Of a stretch of 64,000 bases of DNA, positions 1 to 10,381 are shown in pieces. The notes under the pieces were generated by a model. It did no database searches. It was not told where the DNA came from and was given only the letters and a program-made list of their open reading frames with translations. Numbering within the stretch: position 1 is the stretch's first letter; each line of letters starts with the position of its first letter. Both the position numbers and the translations under genes were made by a program. The DNA is from Alphaproteobacteria bacterium (GTDB lineage Bacteria > Pseudomonadota > Alphaproteobacteria > JAAXGF01), in the NCBI GenBank assembly GCA_963555825.3, contig CAUVXB020000001.1:1120001-1184000 (forward strand), written 5' to 3'.

Positions 1-1
1 G

Positions 2-160
2 ACCGACCGCTCGCGACCCATCGTCACGACCTGCGGGTCGGGCGTCAGCGCCGGCGTCCTCTCTTTGGCGCTGGCCGTGATCGGGCACCGCGGCGTCGCC
101 GTCTACGATGGCTCGTGGACCGAATGGGGCGGTCGCGATGACACGCCGATCGAGCCTTGA
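2..160 (+). CDS. sseA: 3-mercaptopyruvate/thiosulfate sulfurtransferase (rhodanese), C-terminal end only
   Basis: Frame from base 2 reads ...TTCGSGVSAG...VYDGSWTEWG...*, the rhodanese active-site loop and C-terminal signature. Confidence 0.85.
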   Translation, partial: TDRSRPIVTTCGSGVSAGVLSLALAVIGHRGVAVYDGSWTEWGGRDDTPIEP

Positions 161-2027
161 AGCGACGGCATTGACCGGTTCCGAGCCAACCATCCGCGTC
201 TATCGCGACCCCGACGAGGACCAGGTCGTCGCGCTCTGGCATGCCTGCGGCCTGACCAAGGACTACAACCCGCCTGCCGGCGACATCGCGTTCTGCCGCG
301 CGACGCCGACCGCCGAGCTGTTCGTCGCCGAGGACGACGGCCGGGTTGTCGCGACGGCAATGACCGGCCATGACGGCCACCGAGGCTGGCTATACTACGT
401 CGCGGTCGAACCGGCATTGCGCAGCACGGGTCTCGGCCGCCGCATGGTCGCGCGGGCCGAGGCGTGGCTCGCAGCGCTCGGTGTGCGCAAGGGTGCGAGT
501 CTCGCATGGCAGTGATGTCTGCGGCTTGGTTCGTTGAGTTCAGGCAGCGATTGCCATGGCTGCTGCACGTGGACTGATGTTGTCGTTGGCCGGTGTGTCG
601 GTTGCGCTGATCAGGGCCTTCCATGCCCGCTCGAAGCGGCCGGATTTGATCAGGGCGCGGAAGGTCAGAACAGCCTGTCCGCCGACGATCCGCCAGCGCA
701 TGCCGGAGCGCTTCATGCGCTGTGTCACCAGGGTCTTGTTGGCAGCTTCGACCACGCCTGAGCCGATGGCGATGCCCTCTTCCTTCAGGGCGTGGTAGCG
801 CATGCGATGGCGATGCTTGCGGAAGAAGGCGAGTTCCCGCTCGGTCTCGGCCCGGTCCGGCGCAGCGGCGGCATCGCGAAGGTGGCGCAGCGCCCGGATC
901 ACCTTGGCGACGCCACGGGGATCGTGACGGAGGATCTCGCGGTACTTCTCGAACCAGCCGGGCGCCACGGCATGGTCGGACGCGGTTTGCAGATGTTCGC
1001 AAGCATGCCAGAAGTCGATCACCTCGGTTTCGGGCGACAGGGTCTCCAGGAAGGTCCAGTTGTCGGCGGCGCCATCGGCGATAGCGACGATCCCGATCTC
1101 GGGGCGTGCTCGCCTGATGTGTGCGACTTCGCTTGCAAGCTGCGCCTTCAGCGTGAGCTTGCCGCTCTCCGGCATGCGGCCGAGATAGAGGGTCTTCAGG
1201 CGCTTGCCCTCGGCGTCGTGGAAGGAGACCGTGCCGCAGGCAGCCTCGCGCCAGGAGGCCTTGGCGCGACCGTCCTCGCCGGGTCTCAGCGGCACCATGA
1301 CGCCGTCGAGGGAGACCGAGGCGGTGGTCGCGTCCTGCGGTATGCCCTCGGCCTCACGGATGCTGCCCAGCGTCTCCGGGCCGAGGCTCTCCCAGCATTC
1401 GTGCATGCTCAGGGTCAGGCGCTGCAGGGTGCTCACCGACGGCGTCATGGCGCCGGTCTTCGCAAAGAACGCCGCCGCTTCCCGGGCCGTGCAGTGACCC
1501 ATCATCAGCAGACCGAGCTCGGCCGCCGGCCGCGTCAGGTAATCGTCGACGAGGCCCAGGCTCTCGTCGACCGGCACCGGCGATGCCCCGCTCGCGCCGC
1601 TGCGGTAACGCGCTCGCCGGTAGGTCACCGGACCGAGCGAGGTCATGATCGTCTTCGGCGTCACCGCGACCCGGAACCAGCTCTGCCCGTCCCGCTCGAT
1701 CCGGGAAGCGCCATCGTCCCGGTTCTCGATGACGGCGCCCATGACATCGCGAGCGAACTCGTTCGTGGCCTCACGCACCCGCAACTCGACCTCCTCGGGC
1801 GCCTCGGGGCGCGGCTCGGAACGAAGCTCCTCGCGACACAGTGCGAGCACCCGGGCGGCCGCCTCGACGACCCGAGGAGGCAGGCCGGAAAGATCGATGG
1901 ACGAAGGCGTGAGAACGGCAGAGCAATAATCCCCCACTGAAGCGGCCGGTCGATCCGGCTGCGGCGGACCAAAATGGGACCGCGTATAGCCTTCTGTCAG
2001 GGTTGCTCTGACTGGAAGGCGGGGGGG

Positions 2028-3527
2028 ATGTATCGGGTGGAGTTGTACGCACGGGTTCGGCGGGCGTGTCATGTCGAGGGGATGAGCACCCGCGAGGCCT
2101 CGCGGGTGTTTGGTGTAGACCGCAAGACGGTCCGTAAGATGCTGTCGTTCTCGGTGCCGCCAGGGTATCGCCGAAGCGCGCCGCCGAGGCGGCCAAAGCT
2201 GGGTCCGTTCACGGGAATCATCGATCGGATCTTGGAAGACGATCGGACCAGCCACCGCAAGCAACGGCACACTGCGAAGCGCATCTTCGACCGCCTCCGG
2301 GACGAGTACGGTTTCACGGGCGGCTACACCATCGTGAAGGACTACGTTCGTGAGCAGGGGCTTCGGTCGCGTGAGGTGTTCGTGCCACTCTCCCATTCCC
2401 CCGGTCACGCCCAGGCGGACTTCGGCGAAGCGATGGCGGTGATCGGCGGCGCGTTACGGAAGATCCACTTCCTTGCCTTCGACCTTCCCCACAGTGATGG
2501 TTGCTTTGTTGCGGCCTATCCGGCGGAGACGACCGAAGCATTCTGCGATGGCCACAACGCGGCGTTTGCCTTCTTCGGCGGCGTCCCCCGATCCATCCTG
2601 TACGACAACACCAAGCTGGCGGTTGCCCGGATCCTGGGCGATGGGAAGCGGCAGCGAACGCGCGTCTTCACGGAGCTTCAGTCCCACTATCTGTTCGAGG
2701 ACAGGTTCGGCCGGCCGGGCAAGGGCAACGACAAGGGCAAGGTCGAGGGACTGGTCGGCTTCATCCGGCGGAACTTCCTGGTCCCCGTCCCGCGTGCCGA
2801 GAGCTTCGCGGCCCTCAACGATGCTCTCGCCGAACAGTGCCGCCGGCGCCAGGCGGCGCGGCTGCGGGGCCACAAGGAGACCATCGGCGAGCGTCTCGAG
2901 CGGGATCGTCAAGTTCTCTTGCCATTGCCGCCTGCTCCCTATGATGCCTGCGATAAGCGCCCTGGACGGGCGAGTTCGCTGTCGCTGGTGCGTTACCGCA
3001 GCAACGACTATTCCGTGCCCGTGGCCTACGGCCACCGTGAGGTGCTCATCCGGGGCTACGTCGATGAGGTGGTGATCAGCTGCGGGGCCGAGGTGATCGC
3101 CCGGCACCGCCGGTCCTACGACAGCGAGGACCTGATCTTCGACCCGCTGCATTACCTGCCCTTGATCGAGCAGAAGATCGGCGCCCTCGACCAGGCCGCG
3201 CCATTGGCGGGCTGGGACCTGCCCGAGGCCTTCATCACTCTGCGGCGGCTCCTCGAAGCTCGTATGGGCAAGGCAGGCAAGCGCGAGTACGTCCAGGTGC
3301 TCCGTCTACTGGAGACCTTCCGGCTCGAGGAGGTCGAGGGTGCGGTCGGCGACGCCCTGCGGCTCGGCGCAATCGGCTTTGATGCGGTGAAGCACCTGGT
3401 ACTGTGCCGCATCGAGCGGCGGCCGCCCAGGCTCAACCTCGACGTCTATCCGTATCTGCCGCGCGCCCGGGTCGCGATGACGTCCGCCAAGTCGTACATG
3501 AGCCTGCTGTCGGGGCTCGGCGCATGA
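2028..3527 (+). CDS. istA: IS21 transposase IstA
   Basis: N-terminal HTH, AQADFGEA, ILYDNTK, KGNDKGKVE DDE motifs. Confidence 0.95.
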   Translation: MYRVELYARVRRACHVEGMSTREASRVFGVDRKTVRKMLSFSVPPGYRRSAPPRRPKLGPFTGIIDRILEDDRTSHRKQRHTAKRIFDRLRDEYGFTGGYTIVKDYVREQGLRSREVFVPLSHSPGHAQADFGEAMAVIGGALRKIHFLAFDLPHSDGCFVAAYPAETTEAFCDGHNAAFAFFGGVPRSILYDNTKLAVARILGDGKRQRTRVFTELQSHYLFEDRFGRPGKGNDKGKVEGLVGFIRRNFLVPVPRAESFAALNDALAEQCRRRQAARLRGHKETIGERLERDRQVLLPLPPAPYDACDKRPGRASSLSLVRYRSNDYSVPVAYGHREVLIRGYVDEVVISCGAEVIARHRRSYDSEDLIFDPLHYLPLIEQKIGALDQAAPLAGWDLPEAFITLRRLLEARMGKAGKREYVQVLRLLETFRLEEVEGAVGDALRLGAIGFDAVKHLVLCRIERRPPRLNLDVYPYLPRARVAMTSAKSYMSLLSGLGA

Positions 3528-4288
3528 CCGACACACCGCAAGTGCTGCTCGCCCACCACCTCAAGACGCTGAAGCTGCCGACCTTCCTGCGCGAGTACGA
3601 CAAGATCGCCCGGCAGTGCGCCTCGGAAGGCGTCGATCACGTCCGCTACCTGTTGAGACTCGCCGAGCTCGAGCTGATCGACCGCGAGCGCCGCATGGTC
3701 GAGCGGCGCATCAAGGCGGCGCGCTTCCCCGTGGTCAAGAGCCTCGACAGCTTCGACTTCAAGGTCATCCCCTCGCTCAACAAGGCGCTGGTCCTGGAGC
3801 TGGCCCGCTGCGAGTACATCGAGCGCCGCGAGAACCTCATCGCGCTCGGCAACAGTGGGACCGGCAAGACCCACATCGCCCTCGGTCTCGGCCTGGCGGC
3901 CTGCCAGAAGGGCCTCTCGGTCGGCTTCATCACCGCCGCCGCGCTGGTCCACGAACTCATCGAGGCCCGCGATGACAAGCAGCTGCTGAGGTTCCAGAAG
4001 AAGCTCGCCACCTACAAGCTTCTGATCGTCGACGAACTCGGCTTCGTGCCGCTGTCGAAGACCGGCGCCGAGCTGTTGTTCGAGGTGTTCAGCCAACGCT
4101 ACGAGCGGGGCTCGACCCTGGTCACCACCAATCTGCCCTTCGACGAATGGACCGAGGTGTTCGGCTCCGAGCGCCTCACCGGCGCGCTCCTCGATCGCCT
4201 CACCCACCACGTCAACATCCTCGAGATGAACGGTGACAGCTACAGGCTCAACCAGAGCCGCAGGCGTCAAACCCCGACTGCTAACTGA
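3524..4288 (+). CDS. istB: IS21 helper ATPase IstB
   Basis: Walker A GNSGTGKT, LIVDELG, LLDRLTHH; ATGA overlap with istA. Confidence 0.95.
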   Translation: MTDTPQVLLAHHLKTLKLPTFLREYDKIARQCASEGVDHVRYLLRLAELELIDRERRMVERRIKAARFPVVKSLDSFDFKVIPSLNKALVLELARCEYIERRENLIALGNSGTGKTHIALGLGLAACQKGLSVGFITAAALVHELIEARDDKQLLRFQKKLATYKLLIVDELGFVPLSKTGAELLFEVFSQRYERGSTLVTTNLPFDEWTEVFGSERLTGALLDRLTHHVNILEMNGDSYRLNQSRRRQTPTAN

Positions 4289-4682
4289 ACCGACCACCCA
4301 GCCCACGCTTGACCCCGTGGGCCCACAGGTCCCTCCCGCGCGCGCCGCCGCGTCAGCCTGTTGAGGGCACGCCGCGTCGCGCGCGGGGCCCTCCCGTGGA
4401 CTACGGGGACAAGCCCGCAGCCGCCAAGCGGTCCCTTCTTACACCGCCGAGGTGGTCCCTTTTTGCTCCGCCATTGACAAAGGCGCCGGAGGCGGGGATA
4501 CTGCCATGGGAATGCTCCCGATGTTGGGTTTCGAGACACGGCATCGTACCGCTTCTGGCGGTGCGGAGCGTTCCCACCTTCCCCTGCTCGACCCTGCCGT
4601 CGTAACAAAATCCTGCCTTGGAGCGGCCCATTGTCACGAATAGCCGATTTCGGCCGTTCGTCTCGACACAAAAAACGCACTA

Positions 4683-4695
4683 AATCAATGACTTA
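4683..4695 (+). promoter_or_regulatory. Putative IHF site near the ISKra4-like element end
   Basis: AATCAATGACTTA matches WATCAANNNNTTR. Confidence 0.45.
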
Positions 4696-4869
4696 GATTT
4701 TCCATACCAGACCCACACCCGTGCGCAAGGTCAACCTGATCATCCGCGACACCAACACCGCGGTGCGAGGGTTTTACGAACGCCTCGGTTACGATGTCGA
4801 GCCGCGCACCCAGATGGCGCGCTGGTTGGTCGAGCAGCCGATGGCCAATGACGACGGTTGAAGGCGACG

Positions 4870-5406
4870 ATGGCGCGTAGCAAAAAGACCAAGGAGCGGA
4901 TCGAGACGACGGTCATCTACCTCGAGATGACCGAGCGACCGACGCGGCCCTATACGCCGCCGCCAGCAGGCAAGCTCGCCATCTTTCGCGCCGAGACGCC
5001 GACGGTCTCGTTCTACCGCTACATGTACGACACGATCGGCGCGCAGTGGACCTGGAGCGACCGGCGTGAACTCGACGACGCGGCGCTCGAAGCGATCATC
5101 CACGACCCCGACGTGGCGATCTACATTCTCTACGCCGCCGGCGTGCCGGCCGGCTTCGTCGAGCTCGACGGGCGCATCGAAGGCTCGGTCGAACTTAGCT
5201 ATGTCGGATTGGTGCCGGAATTTGTCGGACGCGGCCTGGGCGGCTACCTGCTCGATTGGGCGGTCTCGGCCGCCTGGCTGATGGAACCGGAACGCGTCTG
5301 GCTTCACACCTGCTCACTCGACCACCCGAGCGCGCTGCCGATGTATCAGCGCGCCGGCTTCGTGCCCTACGATCAACAGATCGAAACCGTGGCGGTCCTC
5401 GACTAG
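4870..5406 (+). CDS. GNAT family N-acetyltransferase
   Basis: VGRGLGGYLL, VWLHTCSLDHPSALPMYQRAGF. Confidence 0.85.
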   Translation: MARSKKTKERIETTVIYLEMTERPTRPYTPPPAGKLAIFRAETPTVSFYRYMYDTIGAQWTWSDRRELDDAALEAIIHDPDVAIYILYAAGVPAGFVELDGRIEGSVELSYVGLVPEFVGRGLGGYLLDWAVSAAWLMEPERVWLHTCSLDHPSALPMYQRAGFVPYDQQIETVAVLD

Positions 5407-5420
5407 CGGCCTGATCCTTC

Positions 5421-6224
5421 CTAGTTGTGGAGGATCTGGCTGAGGAACAGCTTGGTGCGGTCGGACTGCGGGTTGTTGAAGAACTGGTGCGGCTCGTTCA
5501 TCTCGATGATCTCGCCGAAGTCCATGAAGATCACCCGGTCGGCGACGGTCTTGGCGAAACCCATCTCGTGGGTCACGACGATCATCGTCATGCCGGTCGA
5601 GGCAAGCTCGACCATGACCTCGAGCACCTCCTTGATCATCTCCGGGTCGAGCGCGGAGGTCGGCTCGTCGAACAGCATGATCTTGGGGTTCATGCACAGC
5701 GAGCGCGCGATCGCCACGCGTTGCTGCTGACCGCCCGAGAGCTGACCGGGATACTTGTCTGCTTGCTCGGGGATCTTGACGCGCTCGAGATAAGCCATGG
5801 CGGATTCGACCGCCTTGGATTTGGGGATCTTGCGCACCCAGATCGGCGCCAGCGTCAGATTCTCGAGCACGGTGAGATGCGGGAACAGGTTGAAGCTCTG
5901 AAACACCATGCCGACTTCACTGCGGATCTGGTCGAGGTTCTTCAGGTCGCTGCCCAGCGTCAACCCGTCGACGATGATGTCGCCTTCCTGATGCTCCTCG
6001 AGCCGGTTGATGCAACGGATCAGCGTCGATTTTCCCGAACCGGAAGGCCCGCAGACGACGATGCGCTCACCCTGGGTTATCGAGAGGTTGATGTCGCGCA
6101 GGACGTGGAACTCACCGAACCACTTGTTGACGTGGTTGAGGAGGATGATGACCTCGGACGAGGCCGCCGACGCCAGTTGGCCGGGGGTCTCCGCTTCGGT
6201 CGTCTCGGTGGTGGTCTCAACCAT
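5421..6224 (-). CDS. aapP: General L-amino acid ABC transporter ATP-binding subunit
   Basis: [28 protein letters not shown]; operon context. Confidence 0.9.
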   Translation of the reverse strand: MVETTTETTEAETPGQLASAASSEVIILLNHVNKWFGEFHVLRDINLSITQGERIVVCGPSGSGKSTLIRCINRLEEHQEGDIIVDGLTLGSDLKNLDQIRSEVGMVFQSFNLFPHLTVLENLTLAPIWVRKIPKSKAVESAMAYLERVKIPEQADKYPGQLSGGQQQRVAIARSLCMNPKIMLFDEPTSALDPEMIKEVLEVMVELASTGMTMIVVTHEMGFAKTVADRVIFMDFGEIIEMNEPHQFFNNPQSDRTKLFLSQILHN

Positions 6225-6253
6225 GGCTTATCCCCTTTTGAGGTCGACCCCGA

Positions 6254-7612
6254 TCAGCGTTGCGTTCCGCCGCCGAGGGTTTCTTCGAGATGGCGGCTGT
6301 ACTTCGACATGGCGAAGCAAATGATGAAGAACAGGGCCGCGCCGACCACCAGCGGCTCCTTGTGCAAGCCGCGCCAAGGCACGTCCTGACTGACCGCCTT
6401 GAGCATGTTCAGGATATCGAACAAGCCGATGATCGAGACCAGCGTGGTGTCCTTCAACAGGCCGATGAAGTTGCCGACGATATTCGGGATCATGAACTTC
6501 AGCGCCTGCGGCATGATGATCAGACCCATCATCTTCCAATAGCCGAGACCCATCGCCATGGCCGCTTCGTACTGGCCCCTGGGAATCGCCTGCAGGCCGG
6601 CGCGCACGACCTCGGCCATGTAGCAGGCGTTGAACAGGCACACCGCAACGATCACCTGCACCAGCTTGTTCAAGGTGAACCCTTCGGGCAGGAACAGCGG
6701 GAACATGGTCGTCGCCATGAACAGGATGGTGATCAACGGCACCGACCGGAAGACCTCGATGAATCCGGTACAGAGTATCCGGATGACGGGCAGCTGCGAT
6801 CGACGGCCCATCGCGAGAACGATGCCGCCAGGCAGGGCGAAGGCGATGCCGATGCCGGAAATCACCAAAGTCAGGAACAGCCCGCCCCAAAGGTTCCATT
6901 CGACGGAGACGAGGGCCCAGTCCATCTGCGCCCAAAAGGCCAGCGCGAAGGCAGCGGCGAAGATGGCCAGCAAGGTGTTGCGCTGCTTCTTGTCCGACGA
7001 CGCCTTCATGCCGAGGCCGGCGATCACGACCGCGGGCAGCGAACGCCCCGAGCGGACCCCGTGATAGGCGTTGAGGGTGTTGCCGATCAGGACGACGATC
7101 GCGAGCGACATCATGACTTGAAGGAACAGCCCCTTCTCGCCGCCGGCGAAAAGATAGAAGCCGAGGAAGGGATACAGGAACACGGTGCTGAAACCGACGT
7201 AGATCTTGTCCCTCACCCTGGGCAGCCAGATCGGCACCATCCAAACGACGAGCAAGAGGCCGCCGAGATTGATACGCCACATCTCGCCCCGGGGATAGCG
7301 GCCAACGATGAAGCTGTCGAACCAGCTGATGACGCCCGCCCAACACGCGCCCGTGAGTTCATCGACACCTTGTTCTTGCGCGCGCTCGGCCAGGATGTCG
7401 AAGCAGACGCGCCGGTTCTCGGCCTCCCACACGGCGTTGGTAATGCCCCACGCCCAAACGCCCGACACCGCGAAGTAGATGATGTAGAGCGCGCCGAAGG
7501 TCAGGAGCGTGTTGATCCAGGTGCTGAACAGGTTGTCGCGCAGCCACGCGAACCACGTGCCCTGCACCGTCGGCGGTGGCCTGTATCCTTCTGCGGGAAT
7601 TGCCTCGGCCAT
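6254..7612 (-). CDS. aapM: General L-amino acid ABC transporter permease
   Basis: WLRDNLFS N-terminus, EAA loop GQYEAAMAMGL. Confidence 0.88.
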   Translation of the reverse strand: MAEAIPAEGYRPPPTVQGTWFAWLRDNLFSTWINTLLTFGALYIIYFAVSGVWAWGITNAVWEAENRRVCFDILAERAQEQGVDELTGACWAGVISWFDSFIVGRYPRGEMWRINLGGLLLVVWMVPIWLPRVRDKIYVGFSTVFLYPFLGFYLFAGGEKGLFLQVMMSLAIVVLIGNTLNAYHGVRSGRSLPAVVIAGLGMKASSDKKQRNTLLAIFAAAFALAFWAQMDWALVSVEWNLWGGLFLTLVISGIGIAFALPGGIVLAMGRRSQLPVIRILCTGFIEVFRSVPLITILFMATTMFPLFLPEGFTLNKLVQVIVAVCLFNACYMAEVVRAGLQAIPRGQYEAAMAMGLGYWKMMGLIIMPQALKFMIPNIVGNFIGLLKDTTLVSIIGLFDILNMLKAVSQDVPWRGLHKEPLVVGAALFFIICFAMSKYSRHLEETLGGGTQR

Positions 7613-7614
7613 GT

Positions 7615-8817
7615 CTAGCGCTCCCTCAGCTGCACGCGTTTATTGTAGATATTCATGAAGAACGAGATCGTCAGACTGATCGTCATGTAGAACAACATGG
7701 TGATGGCGACGATCTCGATCGCGTAGCCGGACTGATTGAGCGACGTCTGCATGAACAGCGCGACGACATCGGAATAGCCGATGGCGACGGCCAGCGACGA
7801 ATTCTTCACGACGTTCATCCAGGTCGAGATCATCGGCGGCACGATGGCCAGCATCGCCTGCGGAATGATGACCAGCGCCATGACCCTGCCGGGCCTGAGG
7901 CCGAGCGCGTTCGCCGCCTCGGTCTGGCCCTTGCTGACCGACAGGATGCCCGCCCTCACCGCTTCGGCCATATGCGCCGAATGATAGATCGTCAACGAGA
8001 CCAGAAGCGCGAGGAACGCCGGCGGCAGGGCGAAGCCGCCCTGGTAGTTGAATCCCTCGAGCGCGGCAATGTCCCATGAGAGCGGCATACCCGTGGCCAG
8101 GTAGACCACCCCGGGCAAGGCCACGATAACGCCGAGTCCGGCCCAGAACGACGGGAACTGCTGGCCCGTCTGCTCTTGGCGACGGCGCGCCCATCGTCTG
8201 ATCATGAAGGCCGCGACGACGGCGATGACAAACGCCGTCATCGTCATCCAGAACATCTCGCCGGGCACCGCCGACGGCACGTAAAGGCCGCGGTTGTTGA
8301 GGAACGCGATGCCGAGGAAGTCCGCGCTCTGCTTGACTTTCGGCAGGAGCGCGAAGACGCCGAGATACCAGAATATGATTTGAATCAGGAGCGGCACGTT
8401 TCGCAGGATCTCGACGTAGGTCAGCGCAAGACGCGAGATCAGCCAGTTTGTCGACAACCGCATAACGCCCATGAAGAAACCGATCACGGTGCTGGCGACG
8501 ATCGCGAAGACCGAGACGAAAAGCGTGTTCAAGACCCCGACGAAGAAGATACGGCCATAGGTTCCCGTGCCGACGGTGTATTCGATCAGCTTGAAGTCGG
8601 TATCGAAACCGGCGGTCTGGAACAGGAACCCGAAACCCGAGTTCATGCCCCGGACCTCGAGGTTGTGAGAGGTGTTCGTGAACAGATACCAGACCAGCCA
8701 GGCAAAGGTGCCGGCGGTCAGCGTCTGATAGAAAAGGTTCCGAACCCGCTCGTCGTAGAAAAAGCTGACCGAACTCTTAGGCTGGCTCTTGACCAGCGAA
8801 GTATCCGACGTGGCCAT
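7615..8817 (-). CDS. aapQ: General L-amino acid ABC transporter permease
   Basis: YVEILRNVPLL, GQTEAANALGL, KNSSLAVAIGY. Confidence 0.88.
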   Translation of the reverse strand: MATSDTSLVKSQPKSSVSFFYDERVRNLFYQTLTAGTFAWLVWYLFTNTSHNLEVRGMNSGFGFLFQTAGFDTDFKLIEYTVGTGTYGRIFFVGVLNTLFVSVFAIVASTVIGFFMGVMRLSTNWLISRLALTYVEILRNVPLLIQIIFWYLGVFALLPKVKQSADFLGIAFLNNRGLYVPSAVPGEMFWMTMTAFVIAVVAAFMIRRWARRRQEQTGQQFPSFWAGLGVIVALPGVVYLATGMPLSWDIAALEGFNYQGGFALPPAFLALLVSLTIYHSAHMAEAVRAGILSVSKGQTEAANALGLRPGRVMALVIIPQAMLAIVPPMISTWMNVVKNSSLAVAIGYSDVVALFMQTSLNQSGYAIEIVAITMLFYMTISLTISFFMNIYNKRVQLRER

Positions 8818-8854
8818 AATTCTAGGTCCCGCTCGTTAGATGGCGCCTAAAAGT

Positions 8855-8887
8855 ATGGCGCCCAACCCAGGCCGGGTTGGGCGCCAT
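8855..8887 (-). terminator. Intercistronic stem-loop downstream of aapJ (terminator or mRNA stabiliser)
   Basis: Perfect 14-bp stem ATGGCGCCCAACCC / GGGTTGGGCGCCAT with a 5-nt loop. Confidence 0.6.
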
Positions 8888-8895
8888 TTAGGATC

Positions 8896-9936
8896 CTAGC
8901 GGAACGGCGGCGAGTACTGCAGCCCGCCGCGAGTCCACAAGTCGTTCTGAGAGCCGGCGCGCGCGATGCCGATCCCGAGGGGACCGTCACCCATCGAGCG
9001 CTCGTACATCTCGTCGTAGTTGCCGACTTGCTTGACGATTTGGTAGGCCCAGTCGGCCGGCAGGCCGAGACCCTCGCCGAGGTTGCCCTCGGTGCCGAGA
9101 AGACGATTCACCGAGGCGTTCCCCATATTGGCCTTGGCGTCGTCGACGTTGGCCGAATTCAGGCCAAGCTCCTCGGCGGCGACCATGGCGAAGACCGTCC
9201 ACTTGACGATGTCCATCCACTGCGAGTCGTTCTGACGCACGACCGGCCCCAAGGGCTCCTTGGAGATGGTCTCGGGCAGAATGATGTGGTCGCCCGGGTT
9301 CGGGAACGCGGCCTTGTTCGAGGCGAGACCCGACTTGTCGTTGGTCAGCGCGTCACAGCCACCTTGCAGATACGTGTCGTTGCGCACGTTGCCGTCCTCG
9401 AAGGTGATCGGCTGGATGTCGAGACCATTGTTCCGGCTGAAGTCCGCCAGATTGAGCTCGGTCGTCGTGCCGGTCAGCACGCACACCGAGGCGCCCTTGA
9501 GATCCATCGCGCTCGAGATACCGCTGTCCTTGGGCACCATGAAGCCTTGGCCGTCGTAGAAGTTTATCGACGTGAAGTCGAGACCCAGCTGCGTGTCGCG
9601 AAACAGTGTCCAGGTCGTCGTCCGCGACAGCACGTCCGACTCGCCGTTCGCCATGGCGGTGAACCGCGCCTGCGTGCTGACCGACTGGAACTGCACGGCA
9701 TTCTTGTCGCCGAAGATGGCGGCGGCAAGCGCGCGGCACGTGTCGACGTCACTGCCATACCAGTTGCCTTCGGCGTCCAGATTATAGAAACCCGGCGAAG
9801 GCGGACCGACCTGGCAACGCAGGTGACCGCGCTTCTTGACGATCTCCAGCGTGCTTTCGGCCGAAGCATCGACAGCGCCCCCGATGAGGAGCGCGACGCT
9901 GGCGGCGGCCGCAGTAAGATATTTGATAACATTCAT
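8896..9936 (-). CDS. aapJ: General L-amino acid ABC transporter periplasmic binding protein
   Basis: Signal peptide, FYDGQGFMV, ISKEPLGPVVR, GGLQYSPPFR. Confidence 0.92.
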   Translation of the reverse strand: MNVIKYLTAAAASVALLIGGAVDASAESTLEIVKKRGHLRCQVGPPSPGFYNLDAEGNWYGSDVDTCRALAAAIFGDKNAVQFQSVSTQARFTAMANGESDVLSRTTTWTLFRDTQLGLDFTSINFYDGQGFMVPKDSGISSAMDLKGASVCVLTGTTTELNLADFSRNNGLDIQPITFEDGNVRNDTYLQGGCDALTNDKSGLASNKAAFPNPGDHIILPETISKEPLGPVVRQNDSQWMDIVKWTVFAMVAAEELGLNSANVDDAKANMGNASVNRLLGTEGNLGEGLGLPADWAYQIVKQVGNYDEMYERSMGDGPLGIGIARAGSQNDLWTRGGLQYSPPFR

Positions 9937-10080
9937 GATCAGTGTTCTCCCAGTTGACTCCCTGTCTCGATACGCACGTTTACGGGCTGTACGAGCCAGC
10001 TATGGACCTAACGTTAGCCGTAAGCATCCAGCACCGCAATAGTCTTTGAATGGGTGCTTTCGACACCGCTTTTTTATTGA

Positions 10081-10299
10081 TTAACCGTCCGAGGCGCTCT
10101 CGCGCGGTTCGCAGTCAAACCGCTTGTCGTAAGCTCTCGGGTCGGACCGTATGAGATCGGCGTGGATTTCCTCGGCACGCGCCTTGCGTTTGAGACACTC
10201 CTCAAGCGTTGCGACGGGCAGCGACGCCCAGCCATCCATGTCGTCGCCGCGAACCCAGGCGCCGTTGATCAGGAGATAGACGACGAAGAGGTATTCCAT
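10081..10299 (-). CDS. Small hypothetical protein (72 aa)
   Basis: ATG ORF with hydrophobic N-terminus and two Cys. Confidence 0.55.
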   Translation of the reverse strand: MEYLFVVYLLINGAWVRGDDMDGWASLPVATLEECLKRKARAEEIHADLIRSDPRAYDKRFDCEPRESASDG

Positions 10300-10381
10300 T
10301 GCTCGACCGAACGGATCAAGGCGCGTCGCCCAGAACCCGTTTTTCAGGTACGCGCATAATGTGACCGCGGCAGGCCCGGCG

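Larger units (their letters stand above)
1910..4479 (+). mobile_element. IS21 family insertion sequence
   Basis: TG...CA ends; TIRs TGAGAACGGCAGAGCAA / TTGCTCCGCCATTGACA; 6-bp duplication AAGGCG at 1904-1909 and 4480-4485. Confidence 0.93.
540..4507 (-). pseudogene. ISKra4-family transposase interrupted after codon 9 (pieces 4507-4480 and 1903-540)
   Basis: Motifs SLDG, ADGA, IDFWHACEHL, IGSGVVEAANK..QRMKRSGMRW; rejoined N-terminus MAVSPPPAPSSIDLSG with a GGAG RBS upstream. Confidence 0.85.
491..4720 (-). mobile_element. ISKra4-like (Mutator/IS256 superfamily) insertion sequence, itself interrupted by IS21
   Basis: Imperfect TIRs GGGTGCGAGTCTCGCATGG / CCATACCAGACCCACACCC; 8-bp direct repeat GTGCGCAA at 483-490 and 4721-4728. 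Confidence 0.88.
171..4861 (+). pseudogene. GNAT family acetyltransferase (YpeA-like) split by nested IS insertion; pieces 171-490 and 4729-4861
   Basis: GHDGHRGWLYYVAV...LGVRK joins in frame to VNLIIRDTNTAVRGFYERLGY...* once 491-4728 is removed. Confidence 0.9.
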
